A stretch of DNA of 64,000 nucleotides, taken from sequence record NC_047713.1; one strand, 5' to 3'. Shown piece by piece: positions 1-8,882 of the stretch. Below the pieces are notes generated by a model. That model had not been told where the DNA came from, searched no databases, and saw nothing but the letters and a program-made list of their open reading frames with translations. Position 1 is the stretch's first letter. The number at the start of each line of letters is the position of its first letter. A program made the translations under genes and the position numbers.

Positions 1-2
1 TT

Positions 3-977
3 GGTGGCGACTTCACTCAGATTGCCTCAGAGATTGAAGAAAACGAAACATACGTGGACACTGGTTCGTTCATCTTTAATGCTCTTGTATCTGGGTCTAT
101 CTATGGTGGTGTATCTGGTAACAAGATTACTGCAATTGCTGGGGAAAGTTCTACTGGAAAGACTTTCTTCTCACTCGCCGTGGTCAAGAACTTCTTGGAT
201 ACTAATCCCGATGCATATTGCCTTTATTTTGATACTGAAGCTGCAATCAATAGAAGCCTTCTTGAGTCACGAGGTATTGACCTTAAGCGGTTGGTTGTCG
301 TCAATGTCGTTACAGTAGAAGAGTTTAGGATGAAGGCACTTAAGTGTGTCGATATCTACCAGAAGAAACCAGAAGACGAACGCAAACCTTGTATGTTTGT
401 CCTAGATTCTCTGGGTATGTTGTCTACAGAGAAAGAGATCAATGATGCTCTGAATGACAAGAACGTTCGTGATATGACTAAATCACAACTCATCAAAGGG
501 GCTTTCAGGATGTTGACCTTGAAACTAGGTCAGGCTAAGATCCCAATGATTGTTACTAACCACACCTATGATGTGATTGGTGCCTATGTTCCTACTAAGG
601 AAATGGGTGGTGGTTCAGGTCTTAAGTATGCCGCTTCTACTATTATTCACCTCACTAAGAAGAAAGAGAAAGATGGTAAGGATGTTATTGGTAACATTAT
701 CAAGTGTAAGACCGCTAAGTCCAGACTCTCCAAAGAGAATACAGACGTAGGTGTTAGACTATTCTATGATGAACGGGGTTTGGATAAGTACTATGGTCTC
801 CTAGAACTTGGTGAGCTTGGTGGTATGTGGAAGAATGTAGCTGGTCGTTATGACTTGGGTGATGGTAAGAAGATCTACGCTAAAGAGATACTAAAGGATC
901 CAGAGAAGTACTTCACCGAAGAAGTTATGGAGAAACTAGATGTTGTTGCTAGGGGAACATTCTCATATGGGTCATAA
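3..977 (+). CDS. uvsX: UvsX RecA-like recombinase (5' end runs off the window)
   Basis: Walker [30 protein letters not shown]. The frame is open back to position 3. Sits upstream of gp41 as in T4-like phages. Confidence 0.93.
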   Translation, partial: GGDFTQIASEIEENETYVDTGSFIFNALVSGSIYGGVSGNKITAIAGESSTGKTFFSLAVVKNFLDTNPDAYCLYFDTEAAINRSLLESRGIDLKRLVVVNVVTVEEFRMKALKCVDIYQKKPEDERKPCMFVLDSLGMLSTEKEINDALNDKNVRDMTKSQLIKGAFRMLTLKLGQAKIPMIVTNHTYDVIGAYVPTKEMGGGSGLKYAASTIIHLTKKKEKDGKDVIGNIIKCKTAKSRLSKENTDVGVRLFYDERGLDKYYGLLELGELGGMWKNVAGRYDLGDGKKIYAKEILKDPEKYFTEEVMEKLDVVARGTFSYGS

Positions 978-982
978 ACAAT

Positions 983-1513
983 ATGAGTGAGTATATCAAA
1001 CACTATAGGGGAGTTCTAACAGATACATCTTGTGATGTTCTGATAGATGCTCTTCTGAGTGTAGATAGAAAGCATATAAAGGAACATCGAACAGATCGTA
1101 AAACATTTGATCAGGTGTTTCTTAATGCTGCAAATATGGATCTGATTCCAGGTATTACTAAAATAGTTGGTAATGTAATCAAACAATACAAGATGGATGT
1201 TCCATACTTCACACAGTTCTTTCCCAAGGGACTGGAGATTGAAACACCAAAGGTCAAAGGTTACAGTCCTGGAGGACAATTCAAACCACATTGTGATGTG
1301 GATGCTACTTCCTGTCCAAGGTATCTTGCCTTTCTATTTTATCTTAATGATAATTTTACAGGTGGACAAACAGAGTTCTTACCTGGTATAATGGTGGAAC
1401 CTGTGAAAGGTTCAGTGGTGGTATTTCCACCCAACTGGCAACACCCTCATTGTGGATTACCAGTGGAGACTGGTAACAAATATATTATGTCAACTTATCT
1501 AAGATACGTTTAA
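983..1513 (+). CDS. 2OG-Fe(II) oxygenase (prolyl-hydroxylase-like)
   Basis: HxD (PHCD), FYLND..FTGGQTEF, distal His (HPH) and Lys/Arg strand. Confidence 0.85.
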   Translation: MSEYIKHYRGVLTDTSCDVLIDALLSVDRKHIKEHRTDRKTFDQVFLNAANMDLIPGITKIVGNVIKQYKMDVPYFTQFFPKGLEIETPKVKGYSPGGQFKPHCDVDATSCPRYLAFLFYLNDNFTGGQTEFLPGIMVEPVKGSVVVFPPNWQHPHCGLPVETGNKYIMSTYLRYV

Positions 1514-2880
1514 TGGATCGAATTGAGAATTTAATACTAAGATCACTCTCACATAGTGAAGGGTTTTCTAGGAAGGTTATCCCCTTCATCAAACCAGATT
1601 ATTTCCATGATAATGCTGAGAAAGTTCTCTTCGAAGAAATCGCACAATACATTGTCAAGTACAACTCCAATGTTACTGTACAGGCTCTAAGTATTGAGGT
1701 GGAACAGAGAACCGATTTATCTGATAGTGATGTCAAAACTATTAGAACCATCCTAGATGACTTTGATGCAGTCACAGGAACTGATGAGTGGATGATTGAT
1801 TCCACTGAGAAGTGGTGTAAGAAACAAGCAATCTACAACGCTCTTATGGAGTCTGTGAGTATTGCTAATGGAGATAGTCAGACTAAGGCTGAAGACGCTA
1901 TTCCTAGTATCCTCTCAGAGGCTCTGGGTGTATCCTTTGATAGTAATGTAGGTCACGACTATATCGAGAATGCAGAGGATAGGTGGGAGTACTATCACCA
2001 GAAGGAAGATAAGATTCCCTTCGATATTGATCTACTCAATGCGATTACTAAAGGTGGATTACCTAACAAGACACTGAATATCGCACTCGCTGGTACTGGT
2101 GTTGGTAAGTCACTCTTTATGTGTCACGTAGCAGCCTCTAGTTTAATGCAGGGTAAGAATGTTCTATACATCACTGCTGAGATGGCAGAAGAGAAGATCG
2201 CAGAACGTATTGACTCCAACCTACTCAACGTTAATATTAAGGATCTATCTGAACTACCCAAACAGATGTTTGAGAAGAAGATAGATGCGGTATCTAAGAA
2301 GACACAAGGTTCCTTGGTTATCAAGGAGTATCCTACAGCTTCTGCACACTCAGGACACTTCAAGTCTCTACTTAACGAACTAAAACTCAAGAAGAACTTC
2401 ACACCAGATATTATCTTTATTGATTATCTCAATATCTGTGCTTCCTCTCGTATCAGAGCTGGTGCTAACGCTAACTCCTACACACTAGTGAAGAGTATCG
2501 CAGAAGAGATTCGTGGTCTAGCGGTAGAGTTCAACGTTCCTATCGTGAGTGCTACTCAGACGACTCGTAGTGGGTATGGAAACAGTGACGTGGGTATCAC
2601 AGATACCTCTGAGTCTTTCGGTCTTCCTGCAACCGCTGACCTTATGATCGCTCTTATCTCCACAGAGGAGCTAGAAGGTCTAGGTCAAATTATGGTTAAA
2701 CAACTCAAGAACAGATACAATGATCCCACCATCCACAAGCGTTTTGTTGTCGGTATTGACAGAGCTAAGATGCGGTTGTATGACTGTGAGCAGGCGGCTC
2801 AGGATGATATTCTGGATAGTGGTGACGACTCTGAGGAAAAGACTTCACTCAAGGACAAGTTGGCAAAACTGAGTTTCTAG
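1513..2880 (+). CDS. gp41: gp41 replicative DNA helicase (DnaB-like)
   Basis: Walker A AGTGVGKS, IFIDYLNI, SATQTTRSG, QLKNRY. Confidence 0.95.
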   Translation: MDRIENLILRSLSHSEGFSRKVIPFIKPDYFHDNAEKVLFEEIAQYIVKYNSNVTVQALSIEVEQRTDLSDSDVKTIRTILDDFDAVTGTDEWMIDSTEKWCKKQAIYNALMESVSIANGDSQTKAEDAIPSILSEALGVSFDSNVGHDYIENAEDRWEYYHQKEDKIPFDIDLLNAITKGGLPNKTLNIALAGTGVGKSLFMCHVAASSLMQGKNVLYITAEMAEEKIAERIDSNLLNVNIKDLSELPKQMFEKKIDAVSKKTQGSLVIKEYPTASAHSGHFKSLLNELKLKKNFTPDIIFIDYLNICASSRIRAGANANSYTLVKSIAEEIRGLAVEFNVPIVSATQTTRSGYGNSDVGITDTSESFGLPATADLMIALISTEELEGLGQIMVKQLKNRYNDPTIHKRFVVGIDRAKMRLYDCEQAAQDDILDSGDDSEEKTSLKDKLAKLSF

Positions 2881-2888
2881 TGTATAAT
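2860..2888 (+). promoter_or_regulatory. Sigma70-like early promoter
   Basis: TTGGCA (2860-2865), 17 nt, TATAAT (2883-2888). Confidence 0.7.
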
Positions 2889-2894
2889 GGTTAT

Positions 2895-2966
2895 GTTGGG
2901 AAGAAACCCCAACCTCCTTTGTGATGTGGTGTTTGTTGGGGAAGGGGTGGTTCCCTTCCCTTTTTT
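2895..2966 (+). ncRNA. Candidate ~72-nt small RNA between gp41 and mazG
   Basis: Starts 6 nt after a TATAAT with a GTTGGG/CCCAAC hairpin, has a single-stranded ACCTCCTTT, and ends in a terminator hairpin plus T-run. Confidence 0.45.
2939..2966 (+). terminator. Rho-independent terminator
   Basis: GGGAAGGG-gtggtt-CCCTTCCC followed by T6. Confidence 0.8.
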
Positions 2967-2990
2967 ATTGTTTATTGGTATTCAATTATT

Positions 2991-3395
2991 ATGAGCGTAG
3001 ATTTTTCTAAGTACGGTGAGTTTGTAGATACAGTAACTAGTGCTCCCTCCAAGGGAACTGGTGAGATGATCGCAGTACTCAAGGACCTTAAGGTTCGTGG
3101 AGCACAACCTGAGAGACTGCTCACTGGTGCAGTTGGTATCTGTGCTGAGGGTGGTGAGTTTATGGAAGTCGTCAAGAAGATGGTATTCCAAGGCAAACCT
3201 TATGACCACGATAACATCTGGCATATGAAACGTGAGTTGGGTGATATTATGTTCTATGTACAAACAGCGTGTATCGCTCTAGGTACCTCTGTTGATGAGA
3301 TTGTAGAGATGAATGTAGAGAAACTAGAAGCACGGTATCCTGGTGGTAAGTTCAGTGTAGAGAATAGTGAGAACCGAGTGGAGGGTGACTTATGA
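2991..3395 (+). CDS. mazG: MazG-like nucleotide pyrophosphohydrolase
   Basis: AEGGEFMEVVKK...KRELGDIMFY...NVEKLEARYP motif. Confidence 0.92.
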   Translation: MSVDFSKYGEFVDTVTSAPSKGTGEMIAVLKDLKVRGAQPERLLTGAVGICAEGGEFMEVVKKMVFQGKPYDHDNIWHMKRELGDIMFYVQTACIALGTSVDEIVEMNVEKLEARYPGGKFSVENSENRVEGDL

Positions 3396-3514
3396 TTGCA
3401 TCTGATACACATAATGAACCCACTGAGTTAATCAGACAAATCAATGATTCAGTGGAACGTGCTAGAATGAAGGAACAAGACGATCAACTAAACTACGACA
3501 CAGGAGGTAAATGA
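3392..3514 (+). CDS. Small hypothetical protein (40 aa)
   Basis: Hand-translated ORF with ATGA overlaps on both sides. Confidence 0.5.
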   Translation: MIASDTHNEPTELIRQINDSVERARMKEQDDQLNYDTGGK

Positions 3515-3819
3515 TGGACAAGCCAATTACAGTTGAGGAATATCAAGAGGCTGGTAAAGAGTTCTGGCCTAAGTATTGGTATGTTGCTAAAGAACTTGGT
3601 GAAAACGCTAAGACTGAAGATGTCCTACACGTTATGGAGTCTCTTGCTGGTGTTGTTATGGTCAACAGAAGCAATGAAAAGAAAGAATATTCTGGTATGA
3701 TTGGGTTCAATAAGTCCCTAGAAGACAACCCATTGGCTTCTGCTACATACCACGGACAACCAGTTACAGAGTGTCCCCCAGGGACTATCTACTGTAACGG
3801 TGAATGTTGTGACCTATGA
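3511..3819 (+). CDS. Hypothetical protein
   Basis: ORF track; GGAGG RBS upstream. Confidence 0.7.
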   Translation: MMDKPITVEEYQEAGKEFWPKYWYVAKELGENAKTEDVLHVMESLAGVVMVNRSNEKKEYSGMIGFNKSLEDNPLASATYHGQPVTECPPGTIYCNGECCDL

Positions 3820-3827
3820 GGTAAATT

Positions 3828-3962
3828 ATGGCTAAAAGAACTTATACTACAAAGTCTGGAGATGTGTTTGAGTGGGAAGAGACCCCTGAAACTACTGCAG
3901 CACTCAAAGCTCTCCACAGACAAGTGGCAGAGACAAAACAGAAGCTTGACAGCACCAAGTGA
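3828..3962 (+). CDS. Small hypothetical protein (44 aa, MAKRTYTTKSG...)
   Basis: Hand-translated ORF with GAGG RBS. Confidence 0.6.
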   Translation: MAKRTYTTKSGDVFEWEETPETTAALKALHRQVAETKQKLDSTK

Positions 3963-3974
3963 GTCTGTTATAAT
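3946..3974 (+). promoter_or_regulatory. Consensus sigma70 promoter for the tRNA/ncRNA cluster
   Basis: TTGACA (3946-3951), 17 nt, TATAAT (3969-3974). Confidence 0.85.
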
Positions 3975-3980
3975 ATGAGA

Positions 3981-4050
3981 GTTGGGAAGGAAACCCCCCA
4001 ACTGCGGTGATCCCCTTGGTAGTTCAGGGTTAGCGGCGATAGGAACTACC
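3981..4050 (+). ncRNA. Structured leader or small RNA upstream of tRNA-Arg
   Basis: GTTGGG/CCCAAC hairpin 3981-4002 and GGTAGTTC/GAACTACC stem 4018-4050. Confidence 0.4.
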
Positions 4051-4054
4051 ACAA

Positions 4055-4128
4055 GGGTTAATAGCTCAGCTGGACAGAGCAACGCTCTTCTAAAGCGTCG
4101 GTCGTTGGTTCGAATCCAACTTAACCCG
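4055..4128 (+). tRNA. tRNA-Arg (UCU)
   Basis: Full cloverleaf: GGGTTAA/TTAACCC acceptor stem, ACGCT-CT-TCT-AA-AGCGT anticodon arm, TTCGAAT T-loop. Confidence 0.97.
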
Positions 4129-4129
4129 T

Positions 4130-4338
4130 TGGGGTCTAATTAACCCCATAGGATGTGACAGAATGAACCGTTTGGTTAATACCGGTCATTGTATAGTAGG
4201 GAAGGCTGTGGTGGCCGCCAGAAAGACTAGGAGACTAGAGTTCTGAGAACCCATACCAGGGTCCCGAAAGTTCAGAGGTATTACTATTCTTAGTATGACC
4301 CCTCTGTTGGAGGTAAAAAGATAATCCTCCCATCCACC
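4130..4338 (+). ncRNA. ~210-nt structured intergenic RNA between the two tRNAs (manA-like motif suspected)
   Basis: No ORF. Several stems: TGGGGT/ACCCCA, CTAG-gaga-CTAG, CAGAGG/CCTCTG, GGAGG/CCTCC. The family is recalled from memory, not searched. Confidence 0.5.
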
Positions 4339-4341
4339 CAA

Positions 4342-4413
4342 TCCACAATAGCTCAGCGGTAGAGTCGGCGACTGTTAATCGCCTTGTCCCTGGTTCGAAT
4401 CCAGGTTGTGGAG
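4342..4413 (+). tRNA. tRNA-Asn (GUU)
   Basis: TCCACAA/TTGTGGA acceptor stem, GGCGA-CT-GTT-AA-TCGCC anticodon arm, TTCGAAT T-loop. Confidence 0.97.
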
Positions 4414-4431
4414 TTCTTTATTATCTTTGAT

Positions 4432-5148
4432 ATGGATGTATCCAATCCTGATAACTGGTATATTGGTAGATTTTGTGAATCTAACTTCCTAGATCAAACA
4501 GCACTCTCCTCAGTGAGGTCATGGATTGATACTCAATCATGGGTAGATGGAGTTTTAACTTTGGACTACCCTAAAGATAAGGATCCATATCAACTGAAAA
4601 GAAATCAGGCAACGAGAAATATAATCCCATCCAGACTATTTTGGCCACATGTTGATAAGAATGAAAAGTTCGCTCGGTTCACCTGTCCCCGATCAAGCAC
4701 CGATCCAAACTGCACAAAAACATCTAAGGGTGAATACTACAAACCACACTTTGATGATGTAGTTAATGGGCACTTCTCAACTACGATCTTTATCAGTGAT
4801 CCTGATGAATATGATGGTGGTGAGTTAGTTCTGTATATTGACGGGAAGGAAGTATTCTTCAAACCAAAAGCAGGTGAAGGTGTAACTTATGAGACTGGTA
4901 TTGGTCATAGAGTCAATACAGTCACAAGGGGTGAGAGATTGGCATTTGTATTCTGGACAGATTGTCGATGGGATGATATTGATGATTATCGTGATTGGCG
5001 TTATTATAACTATATGAAAGACTACCTAATGACAACTCCTTATGTTGATACCTTATATGAGTTTTGTAACGAACCCCATACTATATTCAAAGGGAAATCA
5101 TATGATATTATGAGAAAGGTTATGAGGAAAGTTATTCCTAATGGTTGA
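4432..5148 (+). CDS. PKHD-type (PiuC/YbiX-like) 2OG-Fe(II) hydroxylase
   Basis: YKPHFD, FISDPDEYDGGELV, GHRVNTVTRGER. Start moved to ATG 4432 because the track start overlaps tRNA-Asn. Confidence 0.85.
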   Translation: MDVSNPDNWYIGRFCESNFLDQTALSSVRSWIDTQSWVDGVLTLDYPKDKDPYQLKRNQATRNIIPSRLFWPHVDKNEKFARFTCPRSSTDPNCTKTSKGEYYKPHFDDVVNGHFSTTIFISDPDEYDGGELVLYIDGKEVFFKPKAGEGVTYETGIGHRVNTVTRGERLAFVFWTDCRWDDIDDYRDWRYYNYMKDYLMTTPYVDTLYEFCNEPHTIFKGKSYDIMRKVMRKVIPNG

Positions 5149-5674
5149 ATCATTTTACGGAGAAATACTCAACTCGGATGCTACTGGGCATCTGTATTCG
5201 TATGCCCAAAGTATTCAAGACTGGCAAACCATAAACCAAGACTACATGGGTAAGAAATACCAGTCTGTTATGGCTCATAAAGTCCCTAGGGGAAATGAGA
5301 TTGAGAAGTATGTTGTCAGAACTTTTCTCACATTCAATAAGTTATATTTCAACTACGATTTAGTAGGAACATTTGAAACACAGATTCTGAAATACAATGT
5401 GCATGATGGGTATGATTGGCACTGTGACTATGGTGTGAGTGAGAATCCCAATGCAGTTAGGAAACTGAGTATGATTATTCAACTCAGTGATATGTGGGAC
5501 TACAACGGTGCAAATGTATTCCTAAGGGACTGGCACAACCGAGAACACATCCTAAGTAAGGAGTCTGGGTATGTTACCGTATTTGACTCTAGGTCCCCTC
5601 ACAGGGTCTCTCCTCTAGCTATCGGAGAACGATACTCACTGGTAGCCTGGGCTCACGGTCCAGAGTGGAGATAA
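5141..5674 (+). CDS. 2OG-Fe(II) oxygenase
   Basis: YDWHCD, RKLSMIIQLSD, PHRVSP...RYSLVAW. Confidence 0.85.
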   Translation: MVESFYGEILNSDATGHLYSYAQSIQDWQTINQDYMGKKYQSVMAHKVPRGNEIEKYVVRTFLTFNKLYFNYDLVGTFETQILKYNVHDGYDWHCDYGVSENPNAVRKLSMIIQLSDMWDYNGANVFLRDWHNREHILSKESGYVTVFDSRSPHRVSPLAIGERYSLVAWAHGPEWR

Positions 5675-5699
5675 ATAAAATACAAAGAAATGGAAACAT

Positions 5700-6014
5700 A
5701 TGCTTTCTACACAATATCGTCTTCGCCTTGAGGCTATCTGCCGAAAGATTGCGAATAGTGAATCTGTGGATTTGAGTGACATGATCTGGGCAGACAAATT
5801 GGCAAAGAGTCATACTACTGCTAGAGACTGGTTACAGCAGGCAAGAAGACAATCAGCCCATCAAATTGAAGAAGGTACCATAGATGATTTTATGAATAGG
5901 ATGGGTTTAGGTGATCCCGATCCGTCCAATCATAAGAAGGGATTTGATAGTGCCGATGATATTAAGGACTGGTTTCAACAGGATAAGCCCAAAGACTGGA
6001 GACAAAGAGACTAA
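5700..6014 (+). CDS. Conserved cyanophage hypothetical protein
   Basis: ORF track; late-promoter-like ATAAATA just upstream. Confidence 0.75.
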   Translation: MLSTQYRLRLEAICRKIANSESVDLSDMIWADKLAKSHTTARDWLQQARRQSAHQIEEGTIDDFMNRMGLGDPDPSNHKKGFDSADDIKDWFQQDKPKDWRQRD

Positions 6015-6016
6015 CT

Positions 6017-6196
6017 ATGGCTAATAAAAACGACAAAGGCAATCACCCAAGAGAAGAGGGTTGGTTCACCGAAAAGTTGAAGAGAAGACTCAGGAATGAT
6101 CTCATACATCCTGAACATCTAGTTCCCATTCTTATTGAAGAGAATGAGGCACTTAGAGCAGAGATTGCAACACTAAAAGCAATGCATAAATGGTAA
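6017..6196 (+). CDS. Small hypothetical protein (59 aa)
   Basis: Hand-translated ORF that fills the gap exactly. Confidence 0.55.
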   Translation: MANKNDKGNHPREEGWFTEKLKRRLRNDLIHPEHLVPILIEENEALRAEIATLKAMHKW

Positions 6197-6197
6197 A

Positions 6198-7499
6198 ATG
6201 GCAGCATTAAGTTCCACTTCCCCAGGACAACTAGGTAAGTATGTCATCCCCACAGTCCAGAAACTAAATGATGCGATGAAACGCAGAACTAGTCTTGGTA
6301 GGGGGAGTGGTAAGTCTTATACCATTAAGAATACCCCTGCGAATGTGGCAGCTATCAAGGAGTTCTCTCGTATTGGTAGCTCCCCCAAGTCACAGAAAGA
6401 AGCACTTGCTATTAGTCTGCAGACCACTGATACTAAAGTTCCTACTATTACTATCGGCAGTATTGATAAACCTAATATCAAATACAACCTTGGAGATATG
6501 TCCGAGGCTGTAGTTGGTGCTGCTATTGCTGCCAGGTTTATCTACAAGAATAGAAGTATTACGACTTCAAATGTTTATGGTGTTCTATATGGAATGCCAC
6601 CATCATCTAACTACCCAGGGAAGAAGGGAAAATATACAGAGAAGACATTCCAGTCAGTTAATGAAAATAAGAAGGTTACAGATCAAGTTAAGGTGTATAT
6701 CTCCTTAGCTGAGGTTAATATGGCTGCTGTGATGGATAGATCCAATAAGGATCTTATTCTTCCTTATGTTCGTTCTGCAGTCAGATATGCCAATAGTACT
6801 ACTGTTAAGAAGTGGTCCAAACTACTTTATGAGAACAATAGATCAGACAAGATTGATGTAATGTCTGATGGTCTGGGAGGACAAACCACAACTAAAGTGG
6901 ATGTATATGTAAAAGTTAATGATCAGAAAGTAAATATCAATGTATCACTGAAGGCTGGTGATGTCAAACAGTTTGGTCAGGTCTCTGGTATTGAGTTTGA
7001 GAAACAAACTAAACTATGGGAAACCTCCTTTGGTTTTGGTAGTGAGATTAAGAGTCTAGAGTCAAAGTATAACCAGTTGATCTCAGATAAATCAACAGTC
7101 CCACAGGCTGTAACTATGGTGTATCAAGAGGTGGCTAACCTTTTTAATCAAGGTATTAAGAGAGGTGATGCTAGTATGATAAGAAAGTTCGCCAACTCTA
7201 TTAAGTATTTTGCTACACTAAACGAAGATAATGTAACCCTACTACAGGTGGGTAATGACGCGGCAAAGCTCTATTCGTTTGATGATATATACCAAGGAAT
7301 AGAAAACATGCAACTGAACGCCACTGTTACTATGGGTAAAAGTGGTCTCCCAACTTTACTAATAAACGAGACTGCTAGTGGACAACCTCTCATTCAGTAT
7401 CGTGTAAAGCAGGAGTTCAAACCCGATGGGTCTCCATACATCAGAAACTATGTGGAAAAGCAAACTGTTCTAGGAAAACTTATTGGTGAAAACCTCTAG
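6198..7499 (+). CDS. Hypothetical protein, possible PD-(D/E)xK nuclease fold
   Basis: 433 aa; GDMSE..., TTTKVDV...INVSLK pattern. Confidence 0.55.
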   Translation: MAALSSTSPGQLGKYVIPTVQKLNDAMKRRTSLGRGSGKSYTIKNTPANVAAIKEFSRIGSSPKSQKEALAISLQTTDTKVPTITIGSIDKPNIKYNLGDMSEAVVGAAIAARFIYKNRSITTSNVYGVLYGMPPSSNYPGKKGKYTEKTFQSVNENKKVTDQVKVYISLAEVNMAAVMDRSNKDLILPYVRSAVRYANSTTVKKWSKLLYENNRSDKIDVMSDGLGGQTTTKVDVYVKVNDQKVNINVSLKAGDVKQFGQVSGIEFEKQTKLWETSFGFGSEIKSLESKYNQLISDKSTVPQAVTMVYQEVANLFNQGIKRGDASMIRKFANSIKYFATLNEDNVTLLQVGNDAAKLYSFDDIYQGIENMQLNATVTMGKSGLPTLLINETASGQPLIQYRVKQEFKPDGSPYIRNYVEKQTVLGKLIGENL

Positions 7500-7534
7500 G
7501 TGTGTTATAATACCATTGTAGAGATTGCTATTTC

Positions 7535-8434
7535 ATGAAGGAACGCAGAAAGTATCCAACCGTATTGAGGTATCCAGGCGGTAAGTCTAGGATTATCTAC
7601 TATTTGTTTAGGGAAAATATGATCCCTAAGAATGTCAAGGAATACCGTGAGGGTTTCCTAGGTGGGGGTTCTTGTGCTCTTGCGTTCTCTGTGATGTACC
7701 CAAACACCCCAGTTTGGGTCAATGATCTTTACTATAATCTGTTTATCTTCTGGACACAACTCCAGAAGAATCCAGATCCACTTATCAATAGACTCCTAGA
7801 ATTAAAGGACGAAGCCTGTGATGCATCAGGTACAGAAGAACTAGAGAAAAAGCATAGAAAACTCTACACAGATATGCGTGATCTCATTAACACCTCTAGT
7901 GATCACCTTGATATTGCAACCTCCTTCTACATTCTAAACCGATCTAGTTTCGGTGGATTCACTGAACAAAACAAGAATGCCTTCATCCGAGACTCATACA
8001 AGAATACTATTTTCTCTCAGAGTAAAATCCGTAAGTTGGCTAATATCTCTGAGATTATCCAACCCTGGAGAATTACCAATACACACTACAAGGAACTAAT
8101 GAGAGCTCCTGGTGATGATGTATTTGTGTTCCTAGACCCTCCATATCTAATCAAGGATATGTTGTATGGTAAGGACAAGGAGATGCACACTGGGTTCTCT
8201 CATGAAGAGTTTGTGAGTGAGTGTAAAGGTTCTACACATGACTGGATGATTACCTACAATGAACACGAATGGTTGAGATCCCAGTTCGCTGACTATCATA
8301 TGGAGTCTTTCGAGTTCCGTTATAGTCTCGCCCACAGGGAAGAGAATGGCAACAAGAAAGAAGAACTCCTCATAATGAACTATGAGATTCCTCGTGATAT
8401 CCCAAACCCACTAGAGGTAGTTTTGTATGGATGA
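7535..8434 (+). CDS. dam: DNA adenine methyltransferase (Dam/D12 class)
   Basis: LRYPGGKSR, EGFLGGGS motif I, FLDPPY motif IV. Confidence 0.9.
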   Translation: MKERRKYPTVLRYPGGKSRIIYYLFRENMIPKNVKEYREGFLGGGSCALAFSVMYPNTPVWVNDLYYNLFIFWTQLQKNPDPLINRLLELKDEACDASGTEELEKKHRKLYTDMRDLINTSSDHLDIATSFYILNRSSFGGFTEQNKNAFIRDSYKNTIFSQSKIRKLANISEIIQPWRITNTHYKELMRAPGDDVFVFLDPPYLIKDMLYGKDKEMHTGFSHEEFVSECKGSTHDWMITYNEHEWLRSQFADYHMESFEFRYSLAHREENGNKKEELLIMNYEIPRDIPNPLEVVLYG

Positions 8435-8882
8435 TCTAGAGCTAGAGTATCATCTTTATCTGGATGGAAACCCTATTCAGACACTGAAGGATGACGCTAG
8501 TACAATGACTTTAGCCAAGAAGAGAGTTATCGGTCCTTACATTCGTAGAGCTGAATCTTTTATTAAAATATCAGAACCATTTAGGGAACTACTTCGTCTT
8601 GATGATGGTAAGGATAAACTTCTAGATGCAATAGGTGTTGTCTGGGCACACTACTTTGAACATAAGATTAACAAGAAGTATATGGTTATCCCTAAGGATG
8701 CATCTCTTGATTTTATGGAATACTTTGGTACTATGGCACAGAAGGATAAGTTTCCAGATGATAAATATATTAAGAAAGCTCAGCGTATCATTCTCTCTCA
8801 CGAAAAGAGTATTGATGCTTTCATTAAGGCTTTTCATAGTATCCGTTTAGCCAACGACAAATATCTCTCCCTGAAGAAATGA
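8427..8882 (+). CDS. Hypothetical protein
   Basis: ORF track; overlaps both neighbours. Confidence 0.7.
   Translation: MDDLELEYHLYLDGNPIQTLKDDASTMTLAKKRVIGPYIRRAESFIKISEPFRELLRLDDGKDKLLDAIGVVWAHYFEHKINKKYMVIPKDASLDFMEYFGTMAQKDKFPDDKYIKKAQRIILSHEKSIDAFIKAFHSIRLANDKYLSLKK

Noticed and set aside
1-318. 105-aa ORF at the window start
   Set aside because: Out-of-frame shadow of uvsX, whose own frame is open from position 3.
3922-3931. Third copy of the AAGTGGCACA promoter element
   Set aside because: It has a mismatch, sits 14 nt rather than 5 nt from the -35, lies in coding sequence and lacks the left half-site.
4384-4431. N-terminal extension of the PKHD hydroxylase given by the ORF track
   Set aside because: It overlaps tRNA-Asn; the ATG at 4432 is the plausible start.
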